From Octopus bimaculoides (Eukaryota), in the NCBI RefSeq assembly GCF_001194135.2, contig NC_068992.1, positions 64,352,485 to 64,416,484 of the forward strand: a stretch of 64,000 nt of DNA, written 5' to 3'. Numbering within the stretch: the first letter of the stretch is position 1; the number at the start of each line of letters is the position of its first letter. The notes under the pieces are model-generated. The model ran no database searches. It saw only the letters and a list, made by a program, of their open reading frames with translations, and was not told where the DNA came from. Positions 25,950-38,637 of this stretch are shown piece by piece. Both the position numbers and the translations under genes were made by a program.

Positions 25950-26290
25950 ATCATCATCGTTTAACATCTATTTTCCATGCTGGCATGGGTTGGATGGTTT
26001 GACATAGAGCTGGGCAGCCGGGCAGCTGTCCAGGCTCCAGTTGTCTGTTGTGGCATGGTATCTGTGGCTTGATGCCCTACCTAATGCCAACCATTTCACA
26101 GAGTATGCTGGGTGCTTTTTATGTCCCACTGGCACAAGTGCATTTATGCAGCACTGGCACAAGTGCTTGTTATGTGACACTAGCACCTGAAGGGACAACC
26201 TGCATATGTGGAAGACAGCGATTTTACTTAGTTTGACATGTTTTATCAAGTACAGCAAATCACCACATCTCCTGGTCCCTAGTCATTTCC
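25950..26290 (+). mobile_element. (CAT)n-anchored interspersed repeat (family D)
   Basis: (CAT)n-GTTTAACATC..CCATGCTGGCATGGGTTGGA-GGTTTGAC..GGGTGCTTTTTA-GTG. Copies near 790-1075, 6990-7680, 7760-7880, 22490-22700, 31360-31530, 34020-34200 and 61520-61710. Confidence 0.8.
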
Positions 26291-27294
26291 TCAGTCCAAA
26301 GATCCTTCCTCACCACTTTGTCCCACATCTTCCTGGGATTACCCCTTCCACAGGTTCCCTCCACAATTAGAGCTTGGCCCTTCTTTATGAAGCTGTCCTT
26401 GGCCCTCTACTTTTCAAGATAATATGATGTTGATTTGAGGAAGATTTGAGTGCTGTTTCTAGCAGGTGGAGTAACTTGGTAAATCCAGGGTTTGGCAAAC
26501 GTTTTTGGAAGTGGGTTGGATTAGAGAGGTCTTTGTACACCCAAAACGAATATAAAAAAAATGGGAAATGTTTCCCTGATCATATAAGACCATGGAAACA
26601 ACTTTTGCTTTTGAAATAATTATTTTTTCATTATAGAATTATCTTCATAAAGTTCCATGTAATACCTATCAATGAAAACTATGGAATTCTCTGGGGAAGG
26701 GCACTAGATATGGTCAAATTGGGGTTAGTCTTTCATGCCCTTTCATTTAAGAAGGTGAAAACATTTAATGCTTAAAATTATTGCATGTTGGGAAACTTGC
26801 AATATTCTTCATCAAATAGGGGGTCTCAATCTCTGTCTCTCCTCTCCCTTTTCCTTCCCTCCCCCCCTCTCTCTCTTTCTCTCACTTCTGGGTTCACTTC
26901 CATTGCATGATGCCATGGGCAAGTGTCTTCTACTATAACTCTAGGCAGTTCAAAGCCTTGTGATTGGATTTAGTCAGCTAAAACTGAAAGAAGCTTGTCG
27001 TACAAATTTGGTCACCCAAGGATGCACATGTATGCAGTTACTGTTGAACCATATTAATGCAGTATTACGTATAATTTATATAACATTCAGCAATTAACAA
27101 CTGATAATGATGCTTTGAAACAACTGTAGTAAAGTCTCTAGAATCCATCTCCTCATATTAAAATTTGTATGTGTGTATATATATATATATATGAAACGTT
27201 AAAGACTTTCTCTATTCCCGAGCGTTAAACTAATACATCCTTTTGTTGTTTACACCACCTGTCCTCGTCTGTTGTTGTCTTTTCGTAAATTCTC

Positions 27295-27332
<38 letters not shown>

Positions 27333-28900
27333 CCTTTTACTCTTTTACTTGTTTCAGTCATTTGACTGTGGCCATGCTGGAGCACCGCCTTTAGTCGAGC
27401 AAATCAACCCCGGGACTTATTCTTTGTAAGCCTAGTNNNNNNNNNNNNNNNNNNNNNNNNNNNNNNNNNNNNNNNNNNNNNNNNNNNNNNNNNNNNNNNN
27501 NNNNNNNNNNNNNNNNNNNNNNNNNNNNNNNNNNNNNNNNNNNNNNNNNNNNNNNNNNNNNNNNNNNNNNNNNNNNNNNNNNNNNNNNNNNNNNNNNNNN
27601 NNNNNNNNNNNNNNNNNNNNNNNNNNNNNNNNNNNNNNNNNNNNNNNNNNNNNNNNNNNNNNNNNNNNNNNNNNNNNNNNNNNNNNNNNNNNNNNNNNNN
27701 NNNNNNNNNNNNNNNNNNNNNNNNNNNNNNNNNNNNNNNNNNNNNNNNNNNNNNNNNNNNNNNNNNNNNNNNNNNNNNNNNNNNNNNNNNNNNNNNNNNN
27801 NNNNNNNNTATATATATATATATATATATATCCTTTAAGTTTGTTTATGGGAAACTTTTTGAATATACATATAAAAGCTCCTATTTTATTATGCCAGCTA
27901 CAGCCTAATGAGCTGTGGAGTGCTCAGCCACTTGCACGTTAATTTCACGAGCAGGCTGTTCTGTTGATCGCATCAACTGGAACCCTCGACGGCGTAAGCG
28001 ACGGAGTGCCAACAACAACAACAATAAAATATAGATACAGAAAACAAATCTTTTTTTGCTGTATGCAGTGTCACATATTCAATGCTGTTGGCTGGTCAAA
28101 TGAAATCTGGCTACAAACTGGAACTAACCCCTGAGCTCTAAATTCCCAACCTGCAATATAATGGATCCTTCATTGGCTTACTACATGAAGCTCCATGAAA
28201 TTATAGTTTTCAGTAGGCCATGCCGTTCCAATCAGTAACTTTTTTTTTGTCATTTTTTGTATTACAACTATTAGTTGTCTGTTTGCTATAGGTTTGCCTC
28301 TTTCATCACAGATAGCTTAGCACTACATAATCACTGTCAAACTAATTAATTGACTAATTGATGTGCTCTTATGCGTCAGAGAGGTGGAGGACTAGAATCA
28401 TCGATATTGTCATCATCAATAACAACAACAAACAAGATATGAATATCTTTTATCTTTTACATGTTTCAGTTATTCAACTGTGGTTGTGCTGGGGCACCGC
28501 TGCCTTGAAGAATTTTTAGCCAGATAGATCAGCCCCAGTACATTTTTCTGATCTGCTAAGTTATGGGGACATAAACACATCAATACCAGTTGTCGAGCTA
28601 TGGTTGGGTACAAAGATGAATATAACACACACACACACATATGTACGATGGGCTTCTTTCAGTTTCTGTCTACCAAGGCTTTGGTTGGCCTCAGGCTGTA
28701 GTAGAAGATACTTGCCCAAGATGCTATGCAGTGAGACTGAACCCAGAACCATGTGGTTGGGAAGCAAGCTTCTTACCACACAGCCACGCCTGTGCTTATA
28801 AGTACTTTCCGTCAATAAAAAAATCTCTGTGCGACCAATTCAACTAGAAAAGCATTGAATTAAGACCATATTGACACAAATCTTTTTTGCACATCTCTGA

Positions 28901-28945
<45 letters not shown>

Positions 28946-29409
28946 TGTCTGTTCCCATCTTTCACCACTTCATCTCTCCCTACTCATCCCCATCACTGCC
29001 ACCGCCACCATCAATCATCAATATTTAATCTATTGACCATTTGTGTAAATGGTGCGAGTTGCTGTTGACACATCCTATTTATTAATTAATCTTATTAGAT
29101 TTGACCATATTTCGTTTGTTTGTTTGTTTATCTTATATATTTATGTAGTTAATTATATATATGCATGTGTGTGTGTGTTATGCATTGTGTATGATTGATT
29201 TTATTCTGAGCTAAAAAGCAAAGAAATGCTGAATACACCCTCATGTTAGAAGCGTGTAGAGTTTGCTGTATTTGTCAGTTATATACATAAAGTATACATC
29301 CATCCATCCATCCATGCATTATATGTATGGGTGTATATGTATTATCATCATGTGTATGATATGGATGTGTGTTTGTGTGTAAACACAACTCTCCACACAC
29401 ACATGTATT

Positions 29410-29459
<50 letters not shown>

Positions 29460-29557
29460 AGAGTAAGCACATAAATACAAAACAAGGTGGAAAAAATAGT
29501 ACTTGAATACCAGAGGTAGAGTAATATGCTTTATTGAAAAGCAGCAAACATAACAGA

Positions 29558-29603
29558 AAAACTGTTACTCAGAGTTTCACGTTCCTGTTCATTGGACAGT
29601 TTT
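29558..29603 (-). ncRNA. Decayed type-I hammerhead-like fold
   Basis: Stem I AAAACTGT/ACAGTTTT (8 bp); core CCAATGA (2 mismatches to CUGAUGA); stem II AC(A)GGAA(C)GT; GAA; stem III ACTC-T-GAGT; H17=A. Confidence 0.55.
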
Positions 29604-29791
29604 GTTTAGAATTTTTTTTGTGATATTTTTGCTGCTTTTCAATAAAGTATATATATATATAAAGCAGTTGTATACTGTCAACTTAATGTGACAGTCCCAA
29701 TAAGGGAATCATACTACTGCTATTTAGCCCTAGGAAGCTGGACCGCTTCCTGTTGGCCTTGACACATTTCCTGTGTCCTTATATTTGTGAG

Positions 29792-29829
<38 letters not shown>

Positions 29830-29951
29830 CCGCCGAGGCGTCCGCATTCTCTTTGCTCGCTCCCAATCGCTTCCCACATATATACACAATCACAAATTCT
29901 GTCTCCTTCATACTTTCCCCTTTTCNNNNNNNNNNNNNNNNNNNNNNNNNN

Positions 29952-29985
<34 letters not shown>

Positions 29986-31084
29986 TATATACACAATCAC
30001 AAATTCTGTCTCCTTCATACTTTCCCCTTTTCGTTCTCTCACCCTCTCACTTCTATTCTAGCCTTTCTACTTACTGCTTTTTTCTTTCTCCCTCTTGTAT
30101 TCCTAGCCATTCCTCCTTCCCCTTCATCCACTTCCCCCCTTTTTTCTCTATCACTCCCTCTCCCTGCTCTCTTTCTCTCCTGCTTGCTGTTGTCACATGA
30201 CCAGCGGCCAGTTCCTCTTTGTCTTCCTTTCTTAGACTGGTCCCTTAGCTCACCAGTTGCAAATTCTCTCTCTCTCCGCTCTTCATCCTTCAAGACATCT
30301 TCTAAGTGCTACCCACTGTTCTCTTCTCTTGGCCCCAAGGTCGCATTTTGTTCGACTGTTCGTCCTCGTACATTGTCCTAAATCACACTCTGTGTCATTT
30401 CGCTTGTTTTGTATTGTTTGCTCTTGTCTCTAATTCTACGCAAGAAAACATTTTTTTTGTGGGCACCGTCAACTGGGAAGCACTCAGTCTTATTGTTAAA
30501 GGTGCGAAACTGAACAGTACCGTTGGTTGATAACTGATGAAGAATTATAGACCTTCTGGTTGTCTCCTGTTCATTTTTACATTTAGTATATGTTACGTTG
30601 TTTGTTTATACATTTTTTCATTTATATATGTATGTGTGTGTGTATTTATGTGTATGATCATTATGCCGAGGTGGATTTTGTCATTCCTCCTTACAGAGTT
30701 GATGAAATAAGTACCAGTTAAGTAACAGGGTCGATGTAATTGACTTACTCCCTCCTCTGAAATTGCTGGCCTTCTGCCAAAAGCTGTTATTAAGGCATCG
30801 AACTGGCAGAATTGCTAACGTGTCAAACAAAATGCTTAGAAGCATTGAGTTCAAATTTCACTGAGGTTGACTTTGCCTTTCACCCTTTTGGGATTGATCA
30901 AATAAGTACCAGTTGGATGCTGGGTTGATGTAATTGATTTATTTCCTCTCCTGAACTTGCTGGCCTTGTGCTAAAACTTGAAACTATTACTATTGGCATT
31001 GGTGTTGGTGATGGTGCCACCTAAAAGGCATTGGTGATGGTGCCATTTAAAAGGAACTGGTGTTGAAGCCATGCAAAAGGCACT

Positions 31085-31334
31085 GGTGATGGTACCATGT
31101 GGAAGGCATTGGTGATGGTACCATGTGGAAGGCATTGGTGATGGTACCATGTGGAAGGCATTGGTGATGGTACCATGTGGAAGGCACTGGTGATGGTACC
31201 ATGTGGAAGGCATTGGTGATGGTACCATGTGGAAGGCATTGGTGATGGTACCATGTGGAAGGCATTGGTGATGGTACCATGTGGAAGGCACTGGTGATGG
31301 TACCATGTGGAAGGCATTGGTGATGGTACCATGT
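31085..31334. repeat. 26-bp minisatellite GGTGATGGTACCATGTGGAAGGCA(T/C)T, 9 full units plus a partial, degenerate units on both flanks
   Basis: Direct reading; explains the 26-aa-periodic minus-strand ORFs in the track. Confidence 0.97.
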
Positions 31335-31552
31335 AAAAAGTACTTGTGATGGTGTCATCTAAAAAAGCACCCAGTATACTCTATAAAGTGGTTGGCATTA
31401 GGAAGGGCATCCAGCTGTAGGAAGCAAGCCAAAAACAGACTCTGGAACCAAGTGTGGGAGCCTCTGGCCTTGCCAGTTCCTGTCAAGTTGTCAACCCATG
31501 CCAGCATGGAAAACAGTTGTTAAATGATGATGATACTGATGTTGTTTGTCAC

Positions 31553-31603
<51 letters not shown>

Positions 31604-31707
31604 CATATTTTAAAAGGATTGACGTAACTCTTCGTATTGTCTATTATTATTATTATAATTATTATTATTATTATTATTAATAATATGTTTTTTTCAATCT
31701 TTTCCAG

Positions 31708-31836
31708 CAAAAATCTGGCTCTTTGAAGAGCTGTCCTTCTCTTTAGCATTACAGTTTGTGGCCTGGGTCACGTACTCATTAATGTTCATTCTCTTTGCTA
31801 CCGGCTTTACACACCTTGTCTCGCCTCAGGCAATAG
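31708..31836 (+). CDS. CLCN2: ClC-2-like exon 4: AKIWLFEELSFSLALQFVAWVTYSLMFILFATGFTHLVSPQAI
   Basis: tttccag| ... TAG|GTAAGT; 129 nt; ends in SPQAI(G) just before GSGIPE. Confidence 0.96.
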
Positions 31837-32456
31837 GTAAGTGTCAAGTTCTCTTCTCTTAGCCCTCGCCTATTTTGATTTTCTTCTTATAAACACACTT
31901 GTACACACATATTTTGTTTTTTATTTATGGTGAGCCTCTGAATAGCACAGCCAGTCATTGAACAATGATGGAAATATCATAAGAGAGACTTGTGTCTTGT
32001 GTCAGTTCGCAGCATCTATTCTTCTGGTCTCTGTGGCTGAAGAGGAGGAGGAGATAATCACTCCAAAATGCATGTCTCCTACAGCTTGGCTAAGGAAAGC
32101 TGTGTGCTGATGTGGTGCATTTACACCTATATGTCTGCTGTGAGAAATTTTCTCCATCCCAAAATACAGTGAATCTTAGAGGTTCGAATCTGCCTCAAGC
32201 ATATTTGAACTTTTTGTATTTGCACCTATTTTGTACCCTTATTCTTTACACGTATGGGTGCTGGCATAGCTGCATGCTTAATGCATGTTTCCTACCAGGT
32301 GGCTCCTTAAGCATCAGGCCTCTCCTTCTATAACCTTCGGTTAACAAATGCCCTGTGAGTAAAATTTAGTTGATGGAAACTGCACGGAAGCCCATTGTTA
32401 TATCTGTGTGGTGTTTGTATTGTTGTTGTTTAGCCCTACATCAGACCTGATTGAGT

Positions 32457-32520
32457 AGACCTATGGTCAAAGACCTATGGTCAAAGACCTATGGTCAAAG
32501 ACCTATGGTCAAAGACCTAT
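32457..32520. repeat. 14-bp tandem repeat GACCTATGGTCAAA, about 4.6 copies, amplified inside an interspersed repeat
   Basis: Direct reading. Confidence 0.95.
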
Positions 32521-32872
32521 TGGTCATAATCATTCTATCATTTTGTATATCATTTTGTCTATATTGGTGGCTATTTCCTTCTGTTTTTATTTTTCTTAAG
32601 ATAGTAGAGTATGACTGGAGGTGTTTCTAGCAAATTGGTGAACTCAGCATGCAAAAACTTTAAAGCAAAGATTTTAAAAAGGCCTACATTTCATGGATTC
32701 ACTAGGAACACTGAGTTATGGGCATGATCTTCAGCTGTTCTGGTTATCGAAAACTTTATTGATAACCATAGAGTAGTCAACTACTTTGAAATAATAGAAA
32801 ACATGTTCCCCAATAATGATTTCCTTAATTGGATGGTCTCAGTCTTATTTTTCTCTCATGTTTCTTTCTCAG

Positions 32873-33006
32873 GTTCTGGAATTCCAGAGATGAAAACCAT
32901 TCTTCGAGGTGTTGTCCTAAAGGAATATCTTACTTTCCGTACACTGGTTGCCAAAATTGTTGGCCTCTGTTCATCACTGGGTAGCACATTGCCCCTGGGT
33001 AAAGAG
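32873..33006 (+). CDS. CLCN2: ClC-2-like exon 5: [45 protein letters not shown]
   Basis: ttctcag| ... GAG|GTAATT; 134 nt; GSGIPE selectivity motif and the GKE of GKEGP. Confidence 0.98.
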
Positions 33007-34172
33007 GTAATTCAGTCAAGTTTATTTATTTATTTTGTTTTGGTTCAAAAATGGGAAATTCGAACCAAGTCTATGGAACTGAATGAACTTTGGAACTTGT
33101 GAGATGATAGCGATGATGATGGTGGCGGATGCTGTCCTGTTTGTAGTGACTGGGGTGGTTAAGATGGTGGTGGTCATGATAGTGATGATGATGATCGTGA
33201 TGATGATGGTGCTGTTAAACACTTTGCCTGGCATGCTAGCAATTCTGCCAGCTTACCACCTTTGTGTGTGAGATGGTATTGAGAAGTAGATTTGTTTGAT
33301 TGTCTACTAGATATCAATTTGATGTCAGTGATCAGTAATAATTGATAAGCAACATTAACAAGCATTAATAATTTAACTATTTCAGATTATTAACCTAATT
33401 TTCTTTTGTGAGCTTGTGCGTTCTAGTTTCCTGCACTATTTTAATTAATCTAATTCCTAATTGTCTTAATGTTCCCCTCTACCTACATATACATGCTTCT
33501 TATTTCTTTATTGCCCACAAGGGGCTAAACATAGAGGGGACAAACAAGAACAGACAAAGGGAATAAGTCGATTACATCGACCCCAGTGCGTAACTGGTAC
33601 TTAATTTATTGACCCCAAAAGGACGAAAGGCAAAGTCAACCTTGGCGGAATTTGAACTCAGAACGTAACAGCAGATGAAATATCGTTAAGCATTTCGCCT
33701 GGCGTGCTAAAGTTTCTGCCAGCTTACCACCTTAGAAACATATACATGTTTCTATAAACTCTTTTTGGATTTGGAACCCTTTTTTTATACGATATTTCAA
33801 CGCACTTGACCTCTTTTCTGCTGGGAAAATTGACACTGTTTTGAATTAATCATGACTTACCTCATATCTTTGAGATTTTGATGATGTGATTGTTTATTTT
33901 TAGAATGACATTGCAGGGTAGGTATGAGACGCTGAATCTGGCCAGTTTGAACATAAAAGAAAGTAGAATATTTGGGTTGAATATGGCCAGTTTAAATGTT
34001 AAAAGTTTAAGTGTCTACAAAATCATCATCATTTAACATCCGTTTTCTGTGCTGACATGCATTGGATTGTTTAACTGGAACTGGCAAATTAGAGAGCTGC
34101 ACTAGGTTCTGTTGCCTGCTTTGGCACTATTTCTTTGGCTGGAAGCCCTTCCCAACACCAAACCACTTTGCA

Positions 34173-34595
34173 GAGTGTACTGGGTGATTTTTACGTGGCA
34201 TCAACAGCAGTGAGGTTATTAAGTAACTTACAAGACATGACCCTCTCAGTGGAGTAGGGAAAGAGTATTGAGGCACACAAAAGGGGACCCTTGCAACCTG
34301 GCTGCCTCAGGTGAGGAGAGCGGGGAAAGAGAGAAGATGAAGAAGTGTTGGGGAGTGGGGTAGCATGAGTGAGTGGACTGGGTGCTTTTTATGTGGCACC
34401 GACAGCAGTGAAGTCATAGAGTTACTTACAAGACATGACCCCCTCAACGGAGTAGGGAAAGAGTTTTGAGGTACTCAAAAGGGACCCTTGCATTAGAAGG
34501 CAAAACTTGGCTGCCTCAGGTGAGGAGAGCATAGAGAAAGAGAAGATGGTGAAGAAGTGATGGGGTGGTAGGTGGCAAGGGTGAGTGGACTGGGT
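34173..34595. repeat. Diverged tandem duplication of a ~200-bp unit
   Basis: 34173-34370 and 34371-34582 share acttacaagacatgaccc, ggagtagggaaagagt, gggacccttgca and tggctgcctcaggtgaggagagc in the same order. Confidence 0.9.
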
Positions 34596-36129
34596 ATTGG
34601 AGAGGGTGGTGAATGTAAAAAAAATATCACAATCAACTGAATTTGTTAAAATAGATTTAATACATCAATTTAATACATTATGGATTCAGATAACTTAGCC
34701 CATTTTTAGCCCATTGGTTACATATGATAATGTACTGCATACACTTCATGCAGTTAACCCAGTTGTGGTCTCATAGATATACAGTAATGTACTGCATTGA
34801 CCTCAGCCAGTTAACCTGATTGTTGACCTAGACAATATTGTCTCTTCCTCTTTACTAGTTATCGCAGTTGTAGTCATCAGCTGCACTCACTTCACTTAAT
34901 TAACCCATTTAGTTTTTAATTAGGTCACTATGAGATCTCTATATGTCTTGCCTTAACATCTCTGATTGTAAAGGCAGTGCTACAGCATGGTCTTTGATGT
35001 GGTGGCGAAGACAATTTTAAGAATATAAGAGCTAAAGTAAGATAAAAAATACAACTAAATTGTCTTTGAGATTTGAACTCAATACCTTCATACTCTGGGC
35101 TAGAAGTCATTAAGTACTTGGTCTTGTTGCTTTTATTTTCGTCATAATTTCTCAGATTTGTGTTAAGAATTTGAGGGAAAATTGTGTGGGATGAAATATC
35201 TGGCAGAAATGATAAGATAAATGCTAGAGTTTAAAGAAACTAGGGTTAGTCAATGTCAGCAAAAACAAAACTAAATAAAAATTCATAAGCTAAAATATTT
35301 GAGTAAGAAATGAAATTTGTGCTGTGGAAATGAACTTATTAAACAAACAAGTTTGTTTTGTGAGATTTGAGTTTAGTATTGTAAGTTTCAGAGAGAAACA
35401 TTGGGTTTGAATGTTGGGAAAAAATAGTAGTTTTTGTGTCCTGGTTATGGTGTTAAATTGCTTCTGATAGCAGGACCCTGGTTTTGGAGTTCCTGGGTTT
35501 TGAAGAGCGTAGAACCACCTTTTAGACAGTATTGTTTCCAGGTCACCCTGCCATGGGTTAAATAGCATGTAACTAACCACTCATGAGATGCAGCATGGTG
35601 AATGTGAACTATTTCAGCAAATGAGTCTTGTTGAATCAATAGCGAACATCCATAGATGCTGAGCAGATGAACAGACAAGAAATTGTCAACAGCCAGGATC
35701 AACCGGTTCAGTTAGCAAACCACTGCTGTCATCTGTAGCTGGGGTGTTTGCTGGTGAGATATTCCAGCTAATGGAAAAAACAATGTGATTAAAACCCAAA
35801 CCAAACATGGAAGTTTTATGGCAAAATATCTCATGAAAGTTCTATGGCAAACATTCCATAAATATTCTATGGTAAACACATAACCTTTGTCAAGGAAGTC
35901 ACCAAAATTGTTCATTGACTTCATGGTATGGGTAGGGGGAAGATACGTGTTGAAAGATGGGATGGTTACACACACTCACACACACACATTGTCTTGTAAG
36001 GTTTAAGGTTTTCACTGCAATACTTTAGCACAAGAAACAAATATTTACATCTTCCAATTTCCATATGTCTTATTTGGTTGCAAATTGTATATATATATAT
36101 ATATGTATTACTTCTTTTTCTTCTTTTAG

Positions 36130-36207
36130 GGTCCATTTGTACACATAGCAAGTATAGTTGCTACACTCCTAGGAAAGCTGGTTGGCTCTTTTCGTGGTAT
36201 CTATGAA
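36130..36207 (+). CDS. CLCN2: ClC-2-like exon 6: GPFVHIASIVATLLGKLVGSFRGIYE
   Basis: cttttag| ... GAA|GTAAGT; 78 nt; completes GKEGPFVH. Confidence 0.97.
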
Positions 36208-37162
36208 GTAAGTTCTTTGGTTTCATTTTAATCCAGCCACTAAACACAAACACAGCATTTGTTGTTTTTTACTCGTAGTTTTATACTCCATTCATTTTCT
36301 GATGTTATCGAATAGTCACATGGTGTGAAGGTGCACGGCTTAGTGGTTAAAGCTGTCACACTCTCAATTGTAAGATAGTAGTTTCGATTCCTGGGCTTGG
36401 TGGCATGTTGTGTTCCTGAGCAAAAACACTTCATTTCACATTCCAACTGTTCACTCATCTGTGAATGATTTCCAGCAATAGCTGAGGAAGTTAACCTTGT
36501 GATGGACTGATGAAGGGTCGTTCTTTATATTACTTCTGTTTTCCATTTGTCTCTCTCCTTGTTTGCGTATTGAACTTATTTGCTTTCGTATTTCATGTTG
36601 TTTACACACTCTTTCTTCCTGTTTCTGTTGTACCTGTAATTCAAAGGGTCCAGCCTTGTCACACACTTTGTCATGCTGAATCTCCCCGAGAACTACGTTG
36701 TGGGTACATGTGTCTGTGGAGTGCTCGGCCACTTACATGTTAATTTCACGAGCAGGCTCTTCTGTTGATTGGGTCCACTGGAACCCTCGTCGTCGTAACC
36801 GACAGAATGCCGCAATATATATCTATATATATGACAAATGAAAGAAACAGAAAATGTAATTCACGAGATTCTTTAATCACAATGATTGTTTCAACCCATC
36901 TTGAATGGGTCTCTCAGCTGGTTATGGTGCACCTTTCGGTGCAGATGTGTCTCATCAGGTGACTTTTCAAAAGACTTTTCAATATATTCGGTTTGGTTAT
37001 ACAGGATACTGTTATTTGCCTGTTGGAGATTGTCTATTGGCTATAACTACTTGTATATATATATATTTATAAATCCTCCAAAACAAAGGACATAAAAACA
37101 ACAATGCAAGCATGTGGTACATGTAAAGTATTAGCACACGCTCAGGGAAGGAAAGAAAGGTG

Positions 37163-37197
37163 GTTTTACATTTCGAGCAAAGCTCTTCTTCAGAAAC
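37163..37197 (-). ncRNA. Minimal type-I hammerhead-like fold
   Basis: Stem I GTTT/AAAC; core CTGAAGA plus an extra A; stem II GAGC-TTT-GCTC; GAA; ATGT (probably ACGT after CpG decay); H17=A. Confidence 0.65.
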
Positions 37198-37339
37198 ACG
37201 AGACAGAAGAAAGTCTAATAGAAAAGGAAGACAGAGAAAAAAAAAATCGCCAAGAAGATAGGTTGTATATATATATATATATATGTATATATTGCAAGCC
37301 AGGATGAACAACTGCCATGTCTAGCAGACAGGTATAACC

Positions 37340-37376
37340 AGTACTGATGAAGGTATATACCCAGAAACCAGCTACT
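37340..37376 (+). ncRNA. Decayed hammerhead-like fold
   Basis: AGTA CTGATGA A GGT-ATAT-ACC CA GAAA CCAG C TACT: canonical core, stems I and II present, but U16.1 appears to be lost. Confidence 0.45.
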
Positions 37377-37573
37377 CTGTTGGTCCTTGTCACTGCTAGA
37401 TGGGAGCTGTTCATTCCCGGACACAGATAGCGTGTTGGTAACCAGCTGGAGGAGATGTGCTCCTGGGGTTAAAAAGAGTAGTAACACTGTTCTGTAGGAA
37501 ACAATCTCAAGGTAGGAACAACCGTTATTTTTCTGTAGAGTTACTACTTGCATCTCATATAGAAATTTTAGAA

Positions 37574-37614
<41 letters not shown>

Positions 37615-37620
37615 CATACA

Positions 37621-37668
<48 letters not shown>

Positions 37669-37710
37669 AGCTGCAAAAGCATCACAAAAATATCACAAAA
37701 AACTGGTACA

Positions 37711-38637
37711 NNNNNNNNNNNNNNNNNNNNNNNNNNNNNNNNNNNNNNNNNNNNNNNNNNNNNNNNNNNNNNNNNNNNNNNNNNNNNNNNNNNNNNNNNN
37801 NNNNNNNNNNNNNNNNNNNNNNNNNNNNNNNNNNNNNNNNNNNNNNNNNNNNNNNNNNNNNNNNNNNNNNNNNNNNNNNNNNNNNNNNNNNNNNNNNNNN
37901 NNNNNNNNNNNNNNNNNNNNNNNNNNNNNNNNNNNNNNNNNNNNNNNNNNNNNNNNNNNNNNNNNNNNNNNNNNNNNNNNNNNNNNNNNNNNNNNNNNNN
38001 NNNNNNNNNNNNNNNNNNNNNNNNNNNNNNNNNNNNNNNNNNNNNNNNNNNNNNNNNNNNNNNNNNNNNNNNNNNNNNNNNNNNNNNNNNNNNNNNNNNN
38101 NNNNNNNNNNNNNNNNNNNNNNNNNNNNNNNNNNNNNNNNNNNNNNNNNNNNNNNNNNNNNNNNNNNNNNNNNNNNNNNNNNNNNNNNNNNNNNNNNNNN
38201 NNNNNNNNNNNNNNNNNNNNNNNNNNNNNNNNNNNNNNNNNNNNNNNNNNNNNNNNNNNNNNNNNNNNNNNNNNNNNNNNNNNNNNNNNNNNNNNNNNNN
38301 NNNNNNNNNNNNNNNNNNNNNNNNNNNNNNNNNNNNNNNNNNNNNNNNNNNNNNNNNNNNNNNNNNNNNNNNNNNNNNNNNNNNNNNNNNNNNNNNNNNN
38401 NNNNNNNNNNNNNNNNNNNNNNNNNNNNNNNNNNNNNNNNNNNNNNNNNNNNNNNNNNNNNNNNNNNNNNNNNNNNNNNNNNNNNNNNNNNNNNNNNNNN
38501 NNNNNNNNNNNNNNNNNNNNNNNNNNNNNNNNNNNNNNNNNNNNNNNNNNNNNNNNNNNNNNNNNNNNNNNNNNNNNNNNNNNNNNNNNNNNNNNNNNNN
38601 NNNNNNNNNNNNNNNNNNNNNNNNNNNNNNNNNNNNN
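37711..38637. other. Assembly gap (N run); others at 9020-9082, 27437-27808, 29926-29951, 49830-49839, 56272-56281 and 59643-59652
   Basis: Runs of n in the sequence. Confidence 1.

Noticed and set aside
29880-30030. Same ~45 nt on both sides of a short gap; likewise 49777-49829 versus 49840-49890
   Set aside because: Contig-end overlap across scaffold gaps, not a biological duplication.
31007-31360. Regular 26-bp repeats as a CRISPR-like array or repeat protein
   Set aside because: Units are contiguous with no unique spacers and the context is a eukaryotic intron; it is a minisatellite.
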